Part shown: positions 25,250 to 37,722 of the stretch, one piece after another
How positions within the stretch are numbered: position 1 is the stretch's first letter
Layout of the letters: each line of letters opens with the position of its first letter
Assembly: GCA_030390025.1 (NCBI GenBank)
Contig: CM059431.1
Location: 158,970,001-159,034,000 of the forward strand
Length of the DNA stretch: 64,000 nt
Direction of reading: 5' to 3'
From: Squalus acanthias
Taxonomy: Eukaryota
Program-made: the position numbers and the translations under genes
The notes under the pieces: model-generated
Databases searched by the model: none
Told to the model about the DNA's origin: nothing
What the model saw: only the letters and a program-made list of their open reading frames with translations

Positions 25250-26480
25250 TTTTCTGTTTGGTCACGCAGCTCCATGTTAAAAATCCACATCTGGTATCTT
25301 GCCTATGTTATAGTTTCACTTGGTCTGAGCCTCATTCTAAGATTCAATTATGTCCCCTCGTTCTTGAGTCCCCAATCAGAGGTAACAGTTTCTATCTATC
25401 TATCATATTGAATCATTTTAACATTTTTAACATCTCCATCCGATCATCTGTCAACCTACTACTCCAGGGAATACAATCCACCTCTATGCAACCTGTCAAT
25501 CTGTGTGCACACCCTTTATCCTCACTCCGCCTCCTAACACCTGAACAAATTCTAACCCAAGTCAAAAAGATCCCATGCCCTCTCATTTTTGCAAGTTAAA
25601 TTTTATGTGGAACCTTATCGAATGCTTTCTGGAAATCCCCGTAGATAGCATACATAAATAAGCCTTTGTCTACCTTATTAGTGATCTCTCAAAAAGTCGC
25701 CGAGATTGGCAGACAAGAGTTACTTTTAGCAAATCCATTCTGGCTCTCTCTGTTCAGCTCATATTTTCTCAAGTATTTAGTCCTTCCATCCTTAATGATA
25801 GATTCTAGTAGCTTCCCCTCAACGAGCGTTATACTACAACACAGACACAGGCCATTCAACCCAACCAGTCCATGCGACAACTGGCAAGCATGAAGTTACT
25901 TTTTTTCTCTAATTCACCAATCTTAAATAATGGCATGGCGACAGCAATTTTCCTTTTTTATGGCATAATAACTGAATCAAGAGAGCTTTGAAAGATTATA
26001 ACTAATGCGTCTGTTATTCCCACCCCTTCTTCGTTTGGGACACTTGGGTGTATGCCATTAGGTCTTGCAGATTTATCTATCCTAAATCTTATTTTCTTCT
26101 CCATTAACAGTATTACTTTTATTAATCCAGTTAGTTCCACCCCTTGATTTATTTGTAGTATCCCTTCTACCACTGGCATTTTGCCCTCTTCCTCTACTGT
26201 GTAAACCAATACAAAGTATTGGTTAAATAATTATGCTATTACGTTGTTAGCTATTGCAGCACCACATGTGTTTTTTTCTAATGAGCCCACACCTAACTTA
26301 GCCACTTTCTTACTCTTAATGTATTGATACAATGTTTTATTATTACCGTTCATATTAATTACAAGTATAATTCTTGTTCCCTTTTGGCAGCTTTTAATCA
26401 TTTCTTTGTGCCCTTTGTTGTTTACTTTATTGGATCAGCTTTTTTCCTGACATTTGTGTAATTCCCTTCCTTATGTTTTA
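25250..26480 (-). mobile_element. Ancient CR1 ORF2 fragments
   Basis: GKLLESIIKD..SQNGFAKSNSCL (ORF 25689-25880) and DKSARPNGIHP (ORF 25958-26209). Confidence 0.7.
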
Positions 26481-26544
26481 TATTGCGTCGTACCTCACTG
26501 GACAAGTGGATTTCTTCCTCTTTAGGGATATGACTTGGAAGACC

Positions 26545-26715
26545 AGCGATGTCCTATCTACAAAAGCAAAGACAGACTGAATCCAACCAATTACCGGCCT
26601 AGCAGTCCCCTGACAATGATCAGAAAAGTGATGGATGGACTCATCGATGGCGCCATCAAGCAAGATTCACTCATCAATAACCTGCTCACCAACGCTCAGT
26701 TCGGGTGATACCCGA
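26545..26715 (+). mobile_element. Short ancient LINE RT fragment (CR1/L2 group)
   Basis: aattaccggcct..aaagtgatgga..aacctgctcacc..gctcagttcgggt corresponds to NYRP..KVM..NLL..AQFG. Confidence 0.55.
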
Positions 26716-28139
26716 AATCCATGGATCCCAACTTGACACCAGGTGACCGTAACTCCCCGGGACAATAAGGCAGCACCAAGGAGCTCTGGTATCCTGAGGT
26801 CAATGCGGGTTAAATAAACGTTTTCCGGCCCCTGGCTGGAAACTCTGTATTTCGATTCGATCATGGTTGTGGTTTATGTTGAAAAGTCTCGACCTTTAAC
26901 TTTTTGTTCAAAGCCGTGACATAATCGAGAACAATATATAAATCCTACTTACAGCTGTAGAATTTTAGCGTGTGAGTTTATATTTGGAAGTTTTGCTCTG
27001 TTAAATGGCGCAGCTTCCAATAAATTAATTTCTGAAAAGGCAATCTTTTCTTTTCTGAATAAATATCAGATACTACAAATTTTCAAAAACAGTAATGCCC
27101 TATAATTGCGCTCAGTGTATTCCGGGTCCTTACCTTGTGCTGTGGCTTCAAATTCTGCTTCCAGGCTGTCCGTGTAAGTTAGCGTTGTGAGTTCAGCAGG
27201 TTAATGATTACACCCTGGGTGAATATCAGTTGTACACCACCGTCATAAACACGACCTTCAGCCTGAACAGTAAAATATCTCCCGCCCTGTTCTCTGGTGC
27301 ACGGCTCGATCTGAATCACACACGGTCTCATTCAGGTTGAACTGTTCTGGTGAGTTACTGATCCTTTAACCAAAGTCATTAATACTTGCTGTGGTAACAA
27401 TTATCAAATGTCCGCCCGGCTCTTCCATCTGCGGTTCAGAAGACCCCGCAGAGAAATTGTGTTCTGTTGCAAGAATCAGTTGCATGTCCTCAATTCGATT
27501 TTATTGCTCTCCATAAAATCTCTTTATTATCGCAATATAAAATGCCACAGATAGCAATGGACAAAGGTCGCTGTTAGCTTCATAGATTCAAACATCAGAG
27601 GGTAGGGCACAGTAATCTCTCCATACTGAAATGATAAGTATTTGGAATGATTTTCCATTTCGATCACTAGCTGTTTCTTTGTCCAGATTCTAACTCTGGG
27701 TAAATGAACTACATTTGAATCCCGGTTCTATGAATCTCGGTCTCAGGCTCTTTATTATTCTAATCTAATCTGTTTGCCATGAATTTGTACAATTAACGTC
27801 ACGGGTTACTTTCCCATGAACAAAAGAGCAATTATTATATTTTCTGGCAGAAAGCCGCCAGTTAATGTGTTACATCCTCGGCCTTGATCAGGATGTTGTT
27901 ATCCATGAGTATCAGGGTCCGAGTTTCAATTACTGGAACTTAATCAGCAAATGTGTTTCGGTAAGCAAGTGAAGTTTTTGCGTCAGCGGCCTGTTAACTT
28001 CTGCTTGAGGTGCTCGAATTTCAACTTTTGATTTAATCTTTATTCGAAATATTTAGTAGCGGTATAATTCATTGTGAGCCTGGGAAACTCTGAAAATTAA
28101 ATGCATGGTCTCCTCGGTTACTGATAGCTCAAACATTGA

Positions 28140-28990
28140 AAAAAACCTGCTTCTATCTATCCTGTCCCATCCGTCCATAATTTTAAACACATCTATCATA
28201 TCACTCCTTAATATGGCTTTATTCTGGTGAAAAAATAAGCTTTCTAAGTCTTTCTTTGTATCTGTGTAACCTGACAGCAGCTAATAGCCAAGTGAATCTG
28301 ATGCGCACGCTCGAAACAGGCTCAATATCTTTCCTAAAGCCTGCAGCTCGATAGTGCACACAGAAATTTACTGTGGGTGTTTTTTCAGGTTTTATATAGA
28401 TACATTATTATTTCAGCGACTTTATTCTATAACTCTTGTGATTACACCTAGAGGCCCATTAGCTTTTCGACAGTCTAAACAACCTGAGGTGTTGCCTGTA
28501 ACGTCCTGATATCGTGTACCCTCGAAGTCGCTCTGCTCCGCACAGCAGCGAATCTACCTCAATTCCGTGCACAATCATAGCTGAATTTTGCAAGTATGTA
28601 TAAATTGACACTGACATTGATTCCAGTTGACCTTTTCAGCAAATTCCACAAATTTTAAATTTCCTCCGGCTTCTAAATATTAACGATATAACACTTTATG
28701 ATATTTACCAATATATATCCTAATGTGATAAATTGGTGCATTTTACACATTGCATACACTCTGGCAGAACTCTTGAAATTATTTGAAGGTTGCATTGAGT
28801 TTACCTGAAATGGTACGTTTTTTACTGAAATGAAGCGGCTGAAAAACTGTGTGTTTGTGCCTCGCAGTATTCAGTTCTGGGGTCACTTCATTTTTGCATC
28901 ATCTGCAGATATAGACTAAGGTCTATATTCAAGTTCGTAACAGAGACAGAAGTGGCCCCAGAACTGAATCCTGCGAGGCACTACCACACA
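28140..28990 (-). mobile_element. Ancient CR1-like fragments
   Basis: Weak similarity to the CR1 ORF2 3' region; SQDSVLGPLL in ORF 28929-29147(-). Confidence 0.45.
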
Positions 28991-29297
28991 CTTCCAAACA
29001 CTTCATTTCAGTACAAAACGTGCACGTTTCAGATAACCTCAATGCAATTTTCAAATAAGGCAATAGTTCTAACAGAGTGTATCCAATGTGTAAAGATACA
29101 CCAATTAATCCCTTTGGGATATATATCTTTAAATCTGCTACAGACAAAATCTGGTGCTCTTCATTGGAAAGTGTATCAATGAAGGAGTTTTAGGGGTCAC
29201 GGGAGTCATACTTGACTATATAATTCGAAACATTGCCTCATTATCAGCGGCAACACTTTTTGTTGAGGATAGTAATTGGGTGGTTATTTGCAGGGTA

Positions 29298-32200
29298 CTC
29301 ATTTTGTGTGGAGCCAAGAAACAGCAAGGGGCAGAAAACATTCGTGAGAGTTGTATATAGGCCCCCAAACAGTAGGTGTAATGTAGGGCAGAGTATAAAT
29401 CAGGAAATTAGAGGCGCATGTAAAAAGGGCAATACAGTGATCATGGGGAGACTATAATCTACATATAGACTGGACAAACCAAATTTGCAGTAATAGTGTG
29501 CAGGATGAATTCATGGAATGTATGCAAGATTGTTTTCTAGATCAGTATGTTGAGGAACCAAATAGGGAACAGGCTATTTTAGATCTAATATTGTGTATCG
29601 AGTAAGTGTTAATTAATAACCGTGTAGTAAAGAGGCATTTAGGGAGCAGTAAACATAATTTGATAGAATTGTATACTGATTTGGAAAGTGATTTATTTAA
29701 GTCCGAAACTAGGCTCTAAAATCGAAACAAATCAAACTACGTAGATATGAGGGGCGAGTTGCAAAGGAAGACAGGGAAGCTACATTAAAAGGCATGATGG
29801 TAGACAAGCAATGGCTACCATTTAAAGAATTAATACATAATTTACTACAAATAAACCTTGCTTTATGGCATAAAAACCCCACAGAAAATGTGATCCAAAC
29901 GCGGCTAACAAGAGAAGTTAAAGTTAGTATTAGATCAAACGAAGAGGCTTATAATCTTGACAAAATGAGTGGCAAGTCTGAGGATTGGAAGGATTTTAAA
30001 ATTAAGTAAAGGAGGACCAACAAATTGATGAAGAAAGGGAAAATAGAATATGAGAGCAAACTAGCGTGAGACATAAAAATAGACTCTAAAAGCTTCCATA
30101 GCTATGTAAAAAGGCAAAGATTAGCGAAAGTAAATGTTCGTTACTTACAGGCTGAGACAGGAGAAATTATAATGGGGAATAAGGAAATGGCAGAGAAATT
30201 AAACAAATACTTTGTGTCTGTCCACACAGAATAAGATGCTATATTGGTCTGGGTACTGTGCAATGAGAAGGGACTAATTAGTAATCTTGTTGTACGGGGA
30301 CCCTTGGGTCAGAGCGATCATAACATGATCGATTTCTCACTCGAAATGGAGAGCGAAGAAATTGACTCAGAGACTAAGGTCGTGAATTTAAACAAGGGGA
30401 ATTATGATGCCTTTAGACGGGAACTGAGTAGGTCTGATTGGACAACGTTCCTGGGAGCACTGTAGGTAGATAAACAATGGCAAGCATTTAAAGATAGAAT
30501 GACAAAATTGCAAAAATTGTTTATACCAATCTGGCATAAAAGGAAATCTAAAAAGGTGACTCAACCGTGGATAACAGGGGGAATTAGAGACAGCATAAAA
30601 TCCAAAGATAGGGCGTATAAAATAGCCAAAAAAAAGCGCCAGAGCGGAAGATTGGGAACAGTTTAAGATAGAGCAAAGGAGGACAAAGGGCTTAATCAAG
30701 AGGGGCAAAATAGCTTACGAAAGCAAGCTGGCGGAAAATATAAAAACTAACTCCAAAAGCTTTTATAAGTATATCAAGAGGAAAAGACTGGTGAAAACCA
30801 AAGTTGGTCCATTGCAGTCAGATACGGGGGAATATATAACGGGAAATAAGGAAATGGCAGACCAACTAAATGCATACTTTGGGTCAGTCTTTACGAAGGA
30901 AGACACAAAAAACCTCCCTGGGATATCGGGAAAAATGGGGACATTGGCAAAGGAGGAACTGACGCAAATCAATATCTCTAAGGATATGGTGTTAAGGAAG
31001 CTAAAGGGATTGAAGGCGGACAAATCCCCAGGGCCTGATAACATGCATCCTAGGGTACTGAAGGAGGTGGCCCTAGAGATAGCGGATGCACTAAGTATGA
31101 TTTTTCAGAATTCATTAGACTCGGGTACAGTGCCCATGGATTGGAGGGTAGCTAACGTTACCCCACTATTCAAAAAGGGGGGTAGGGAAAAAGCAGGTAA
31201 TTACAGACCTGTAAGCCTTACATCAGTTGTGGGCAAAATGCTGGAGTCCATCATTAAGGATGAAATAGCGGAGCACTTAGCAAATGGGGACAGGATAGGA
31301 CAGAGTCAACATGGATTTACAAAGTGTAAATCGTGCTTGACTAATCTATTGGAATTTTTTGAGGGAGTAACTGGTAAAATAGATGGGGGAGAGCCAGTAG
31401 ATGTGGTGTACCTGGACTTCCAAAAGGCCTTCGATAAGGTCCCACATAAAACATTAGCATGCAAAATTGAAGCTCATGGGATAAAGGGGAAAGTATTGAC
31501 GTGGATAGAGAACTGGCTGTCAGATAGAAAACAGAGAGTTGGAATAAACGGCACATTTTCTGAATGGCAGGCAGTAACAAGTGGGGTACCACAGCGATCT
31601 GTCCTGGGTCCCCAGCTGTTCACAATTTACATTAATGACCTGGATCAGGGAGTCGGATGCAGCATTTCCAAATTTGCAGACGACACTAAACTAGGAGGGG
31701 GGGTGGGCTCAGAGGAGGAGACCAGGAAGCTCCAGAGCGATTTGGACAGACTGGGTGATTGGGCGGATAAATGGCAGATGCACTATAATGTGGACAAGTG
31801 CGAAGTTATCCACCTTGGGTGCAGGAACGGGAGGGCAAATTATTATTCAAATGGCAATAAATTGGGAGAGGGGGAAGTACAGAGAGACCTGGGTGTTCTT
31901 GTACACCAGTCACTGAAGGCGAGCATGCAGGTGCAACATGCGGTCAAGAAGGCAAACGGTATGCTGGCCTTCATAGCAAAAGGGTTGGAATACAGGAACA
32001 GGGATACCTTGCTGCAGCTGTACAGGGCACTGGTGAGACCACACCTCGAGTACTGTGTACAGTTTTGGTCGCCTCATCTGAGGAAAGATGTTCTTGCCAT
32101 GGAGGGGGTGCAGCGGCGATTCACCAGGCTGATACCAGGAATGGCGGGATTGACCTATGAGGAGAGACTATGTAGTTTCGGGATGTACACACTGGAGTTT

Positions 32201-34298
32201 AGAAGATTGAGAAGGGACCTCATAGAAGTGTATAAAATTCTGACAGGTCTAGACAGACTGGATGCAGAAGGAATGTTTCCCTTGGCGAGTGAGAACAGAA
32301 CTAGAGGACATAATTAAAGGATAAGGGCTAAACCATTTAGGACAGAAATGAGGGGGAATTTCTTCACTCAGAGGGTGGTGAACCTGTGGAACTCATTGCC
32401 ACAGAGGGCAGTGTACGCCAGCTCATTAAATATATTTAAGAGGGAATTAGATATATTTCTACAGGCAAAAGGGGTTAAGGTTTAGGGAGAGAAGGCGGGG
32501 ACGGGATACTGAATTGGAGGATTAGCCATGATCTCATTAAATGGCGGAGCAGCCTCGAAGGGCCGGATGGCCTACTCCTGCTCCTATCTTCTATGTATCT
32601 ATGTATGTATGCAAAAAACTTGCCGGAAATAATGGAGAACCAAGGCGCTAACGAGAATGAGAAACTGAAAGACATTAGTATGAGTAAAACATTAGAATTG
32701 GAGATATTAATGGTACTGAAAGCCAATAAATCCCCGTGATCTGATGGCCTACATCCTTGGTTTTTGAAAGAATTGGCTATAGAAATAGTGGATGCATTGG
32801 TTGTCATTTTCCAAAATTCCATAGATTGTGGAACGGTTCCCGCGGTTTGAAAGGGTGTAAATGTAACCCCACTATTTAAGAAAGGAGGGAAAAAGAAAAC
32901 GGGGAACTACGGACCAGTTAGCCTAACATCAGTGGTGGAGAAAATGCGACAATCTATTATTAAGGATGTAGTAACAGAGCACTTAGAACATAATAATAGG
33001 ATTGGGCAGACTCAACACGGACTTATGAAAGGGAAATCGTGTTTGTCATATATGTTGAGTTTTTGAGATTGTAACGAGCAGAATAGAAAAGGGGGTATCA
33101 GTTGATGTGGTGTATTTGAATTTTCGGAAGGCATTCGATAAGGTGCCCGACAAGTGGTTATTAAACAAAATTAGGGCTCATGGGATTGGGGGTAATATAC
33201 TAGCATGGATTGAGGATTGGTTAATGGATAGAAAAAAGAGGGTACGAATAAACGGATCTATTTCGGGTTGGCAGGCTGTAACTAGTGGGGAACCGCAACG
33301 ATCAGTGCTTGAGCCTCAGCTATTCACCATCTATATCTATGATTTAGATGAGGGGACCAAATGTAATATATCCACGTTTGCTGATGATAAAAAGCTGGCT
33401 TGGAATGTAATTTGTGAGGAGGATGCAAGGAGGCTTCAACAGGATATAGACAGGCTAAGTGAGTGTGTAAGAACATAGCAAATGGAATATAATGTGGAGA
33501 AATGTGAAGTTATCCACTTTGGTCGGAAAAATACAAAGCAGAGTATTTTTTAAATGATGAGAGATTGGGAAATGATGTTCAGAGGGACCTGGGTGTCCTT
33601 GTACACGAATCACTGAAAGTTAACATGCAGGTACAGCAAGCAATTAGGAAAGATAATTACATGTTGGCCTTTATCACAAGAGGATTGAAGTATAAGAGTA
33701 AAGACGTCTTACTGCAATTATATAGGGCCCTGGTGAGACCACACCTGGAGTATTGTGTACAGTTTTGGTCTCATTACCTTAGGAAGTATATACGTGGCGT
33801 AGAGGGAGTGCAACGAAGGTTCACCAGACTGGTTCCTGGGATGGGGGATTGTCCGATGAGGAGAGATTGAGTAGACTAGGCCTATATTCTCTTCAGCTTA
33901 TAAGAATGAGAGGTGACCTCATTGAAACATACAATATTCGTACAGGGCTTGACACGGTAGATGCTGGGATAATGTTTCCCCTGGCTGGGGAGTCTAGAAC
34001 CAGGGGTCACAGTCTCAGAATAAGGGGTCCGCCATTTAGGACTGAGAGGAGGAGACATTTCTTCACTCAGAGGGTGGTGATTGTTTCGAATTCTCCTACT
34101 CAGAGGGCTGTGGATGCTCAGTGAATAATTATATTCCAGACAGAGATCGATATATATTTGAATATTAAGGGGATCAAGCGATATGGGGATATTGCAGGAA
34201 AGTGGAGATGAGGTAGAAGATCACCCATGATTTTATTGAATGGCAGAGCAGACTCGAGGAGCTAAATGCCTTACTCCTGCTCCTATTTCTTATGTCTT
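29298..34298 (+). mobile_element. 5'-truncated old CR1 (family c), ORF2 from mid-APE to the 3' tail
   Basis: VVYRPPNS, FRKAFDKV, FADD, 3' tail ctcctgctcctatttcttatg; flanked by a ~80-bp direct repeat. Confidence 0.9.
30240..32607 (+). mobile_element. 5'-truncated CR1 family a nested in the family c CR1
   Basis: Near-identical to 6402-8765; ORF 30791-32317; atgc on both flanks. Confidence 0.95.
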
Positions 34299-34467
34299 TA
34301 TATAAATCGATACGTTGCCTCATTTTCAGCGATACACTTTTTTTGAGGGTAGTAATTGGGTGGTCATTTGCAGGGTAGGAAAAGAACGGCAGCGCCGGAA
34401 TCCTCCGTGAGTGTGGTTGTCTCAAACTGGTTTTCATTGCTAAAGACACATCGGAGGAGTGCAATCT

Positions 34468-34572
34468 AAAGAAAGAAAGAATTTGCATTTATATAGCGCC
34501 TTTCACAACCTCAGGGTGTCCCAAATGCTTTATATTCAATTAATCACTTGTTGAATTGTAGTCACTGTTGTA
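34468..34572 (-). mobile_element. 3' fragment of a Deu-domain SINE (SacSINE1/AmnSINE1-like)
   Basis: Reverse strand reads caacagtgactaca..tttgggacaccctgaggttgtgaaaggcgctatataaatgcaaattctttctttc, recognised from memory of the family. Confidence 0.7.
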
Positions 34573-36659
34573 CTGTACTCTACTGCACACCCACGGCACA
34601 GTGAGACAAATTACTTCACGGGGGTGGGGAGCACAGAAAAGTGTAGAAATGCAGTGGCATAGGTGATACGATGGTCATGCTGATAGACAGATGTTTCTGC
34701 AACCAGCGGCGTGAGTCTCGCATGGTGTGTTGCCTCCCTGGTGCCATGGTAAATGAAATATTTGAACGGGTGTAGATCAGGTTGCGACGGGAAGGGGAAC
34801 AGACAGCAGTCGTGGTCCATGTTGTAACCAATAATGTAGGTAGATTGGGTTGTGAACCTACAGAGAGGTTTTGCAGGATCTAGGAACGATCTTAAAGAGC
34901 AGAACTTCAAAGTTAGTAAACTCTTCATTCCGCCCATTGCCACCTACCAGCGAATAGAGGAGCAGTAAAATGAGACAGGTTAACGCGTGGCTGGAGAAAT
35001 GGTGCAAGAGGGAGAGCTTCAGTTTTCTGGTGAATTGGACCAGTTCTGGTGCATGATGCCCCTGTACAAGATGGACGGGTTGCACAGTAACAGGCAGGAA
35101 CCAATATCCTCTCAGGAAGGTTAACTAGTGCTGTGGGTTATGGCATCAACTAATTTAGCAGATAGAGGGGGCAACAAAAGGAATGGCCAGTGAGGAGATA
35201 CAAGGTTCACAGAGAACTGGGAGTGACAAACATTATCAGAATAAAGAATAGTTCAGAAAAATCATTGTATCAGTGGGAGAGCATATTGGTGGTAGTGATC
35301 ATAATTCAGTTAGATTTAGGGTAGTTATGGAAAAGGACAAGGTTAGATCAGGAATAAAAGTTCTCAATTGGTGAAAAGCTAATTTTACTAAGCTGAAATG
35401 TGATTTAGCCAAAGTGGACTGGTGTTACAAACTTGAAGGTAAGTCAGTGTCAGAGCAGTGGGAAGCATTCAAGGAGGAGCTAGTGAGGGTTCAGAGCAAG
35501 TATGTTCCGTTAAAGAAAAAGTGTGGGCCTAACCGATTTAGAGCTCCCTGGATGTCAAGGTGCATACAGGGTAGTCTAAAGAAAAAAGGGAAGCTTATGA
35601 CAGATAACGAGGGCTCAACACTGCAGAAACCTTAGAGGAGTAGAGAAAGTGCAGGGGTGAAATTAAAAAGGAAATCAGGAAAGCAAAGAGAGGGCATGAA
35701 AAAATAGTGGCAAGTAAAATCAAGGGAAACCCTAAGATGTTTAAGGGCAAGAGGATAACTTAAGTAAGAGTAGGGCCTATTAGGGGCCATAAAGCTAACG
35801 TGTGTGTGGATGCGGAAGATATGGGTATGGTTCCTAATGAATAATTTGCGTCTGATTTCACAAAAGAGAGGGATGGGGCAGACATTGCAATCAGGGAGGA
35901 TGAGTGTGAAATATTAGATGAAATAAATATAGTGAAAGAGGAAGTATTAAGGGGTTTAGCATTTTTGAATGTGGATAAATCTGCAGGACCGGATGAAATG
36001 TTAAGAGAAGTAAGAGAGGAAATAGCAGAGATTCTGACCATCATTTTCCAATCCTCTCTGGCTACAGGTTGTGGTGCCGAAGGACTGGAGGACTGCTGAA
36101 GTGGTATTATGTTTAAAAAGGGAGAAAGGGTTAGACCAAGTAATTACAGGCCAGTCAGCCTAATCTCGGTGGTGGGAAAATTATTGGAAACAATTCTGAG
36201 AGACAGGGTAAATCTTCATTTAGAAAGACACGAATTAATCAGGGACAGTCAGCATGGATTTCTTAAGGGAAGATCGTGTCTTACTAACTTTATTGAATTT
36301 TTTGAGGGGGTAACAAGGAGGGTCGATGAGGGCAGTGCGTTTGATGCAATTTGGATTTTAGCAAGGCTTTTGATAAGGTCCCGCATGGCAGACTGGTCAC
36401 GAAAATAAATGCCCATGGGATCCAAGGCAAATTGACAAGTTGGATCCAAAATTGTGTCAGAGGCAGGAAACGAAGGAAAATCTTCGAAGGGTGTTTTTGT
36501 GACTGGAAGGTTGTTTCCAGTGGGGTTCGCAGAGCTCAGTATTGGGTCCTTTGCTTCTTGTTATATTTTTCAATGATTTGGACTTGAATGTAGGAAGTAT
36601 GATTAAGAAGTTTGCAGATGATACAAAAATTGGCCGTGTGGTTGATAATGAAGAAGAAA

Positions 36660-36865
36660 ATGAGAAGTCGCACAACACAAGGTTATAGTCCAACAGGTTT
36701 ATTTGAAATCACAAGCTTTCGGAGCTATCGATCGACCCTTCATCAGGTGAAGGGGCGATCGATAGCTCCGAAAGCTTGTGATTTCAAATAAAACTGTTGG
36801 ACTATAACCTGGTGTTGTGCGACTTCTCATTTTTGTCCACTCCAGTCCAACACCGGCATCTCCGC
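36660..36865. mobile_element. Penelope-like element remnant (inverted pseudo-LTR pair) with a minimal hammerhead core
   Basis: ~85-bp inverted repeat (36657-36742 / 36748-36833); 15-bp TSD ataatgaagaagaaa (36645-36659 / 36866-36880); minus strand CUGAUGA..GAAA. Confidence 0.85.
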
Positions 36866-37007
36866 ATAATGAAGAAGAAAGCTGTGCACTGCAGGAAGAT
36901 ATCAAAGGACAGCTCAGGTGGGCAGAACAGTGGCAAATTAAATTCAATCCGGAGAAGTGTGAAGTAATGCATTTGGAAAGGGCGAACAAGGCAAAGGAAT
37001 ACACATT

Positions 37008-37722
37008 GGGCCAGAAATTCGGGTCTCCAAGGGTGAGTAATCGCTGGGTACTCACCCGTAGACCCAATGTAAGTGCAGTTTTAGGGCATGCACTGCGCAT
37101 GCGCTGGAAACCGAAACTTCCGTTCCCTTGCAGGAAGGGCTTCGTAGGTCAAACGTGTGCACCGAAGAGGCAGCGCGCACGCAGCGAACTTCCGCTTTTT
37201 TTTACAGGTTTTGAAGTGAGGGTAAGTACGAAGAATCTGCACGGGAAAAAACCAGGTGCAAGGCCTGCTTTTAACAAAGTAAGTGCCGAATTCAGTGAAA
37301 TTTCAAAATTTTTTCTACAGTTTTATCTTTTTTAAATACTTTAAAGAAAGGTCAGTTTATTTTTAGCCCCGTTAAAAACTGTAATTAATGTTTTCAAAAA
37401 AGTTATTTTTTGTTTACAATCGTTAATTAACGTAATTTATTGTTATTTTAAAAATTTAATTTTTTTGAAAATGTATTTGTTGTTTTAGTTAGGTTTTGCG
37501 GGGAGATTCCCTGCTCCGATTGGCTCTCCATGGCCCACGTGATCCCAGGGGACGCTTCGAAATAACTGCGTCCCTGGGATACGCAAGCACTGCACGCCGG
37601 CAGCTGCAGGGGGCCCAGGACCGGAATCCCACTCGAGCCCACAGCACAACGGCAGGCGTGCTATGTTAGTGAAGGTCGGGGGCTTGCACCCTCCGGAAGC
37701 CTCCGACCCGAATTTCTGGCCC
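37008..37722. mobile_element. Non-autonomous DNA transposon (MITE), PIF/Harbinger-like
   Basis: Perfect 18-bp TIR gggccagaaattcgggtc / gacccgaatttctggccc; 3-bp flanks att/aat; splits a CR1 ORF2. Confidence 0.9.

Noticed and set aside
26760..28130. Non-repetitive stretch with minus-strand GTAAG donor-like sites (about 26950 and 27133), a possible host exon
   Set aside because: No ORF, acceptor or recognisable product to support it
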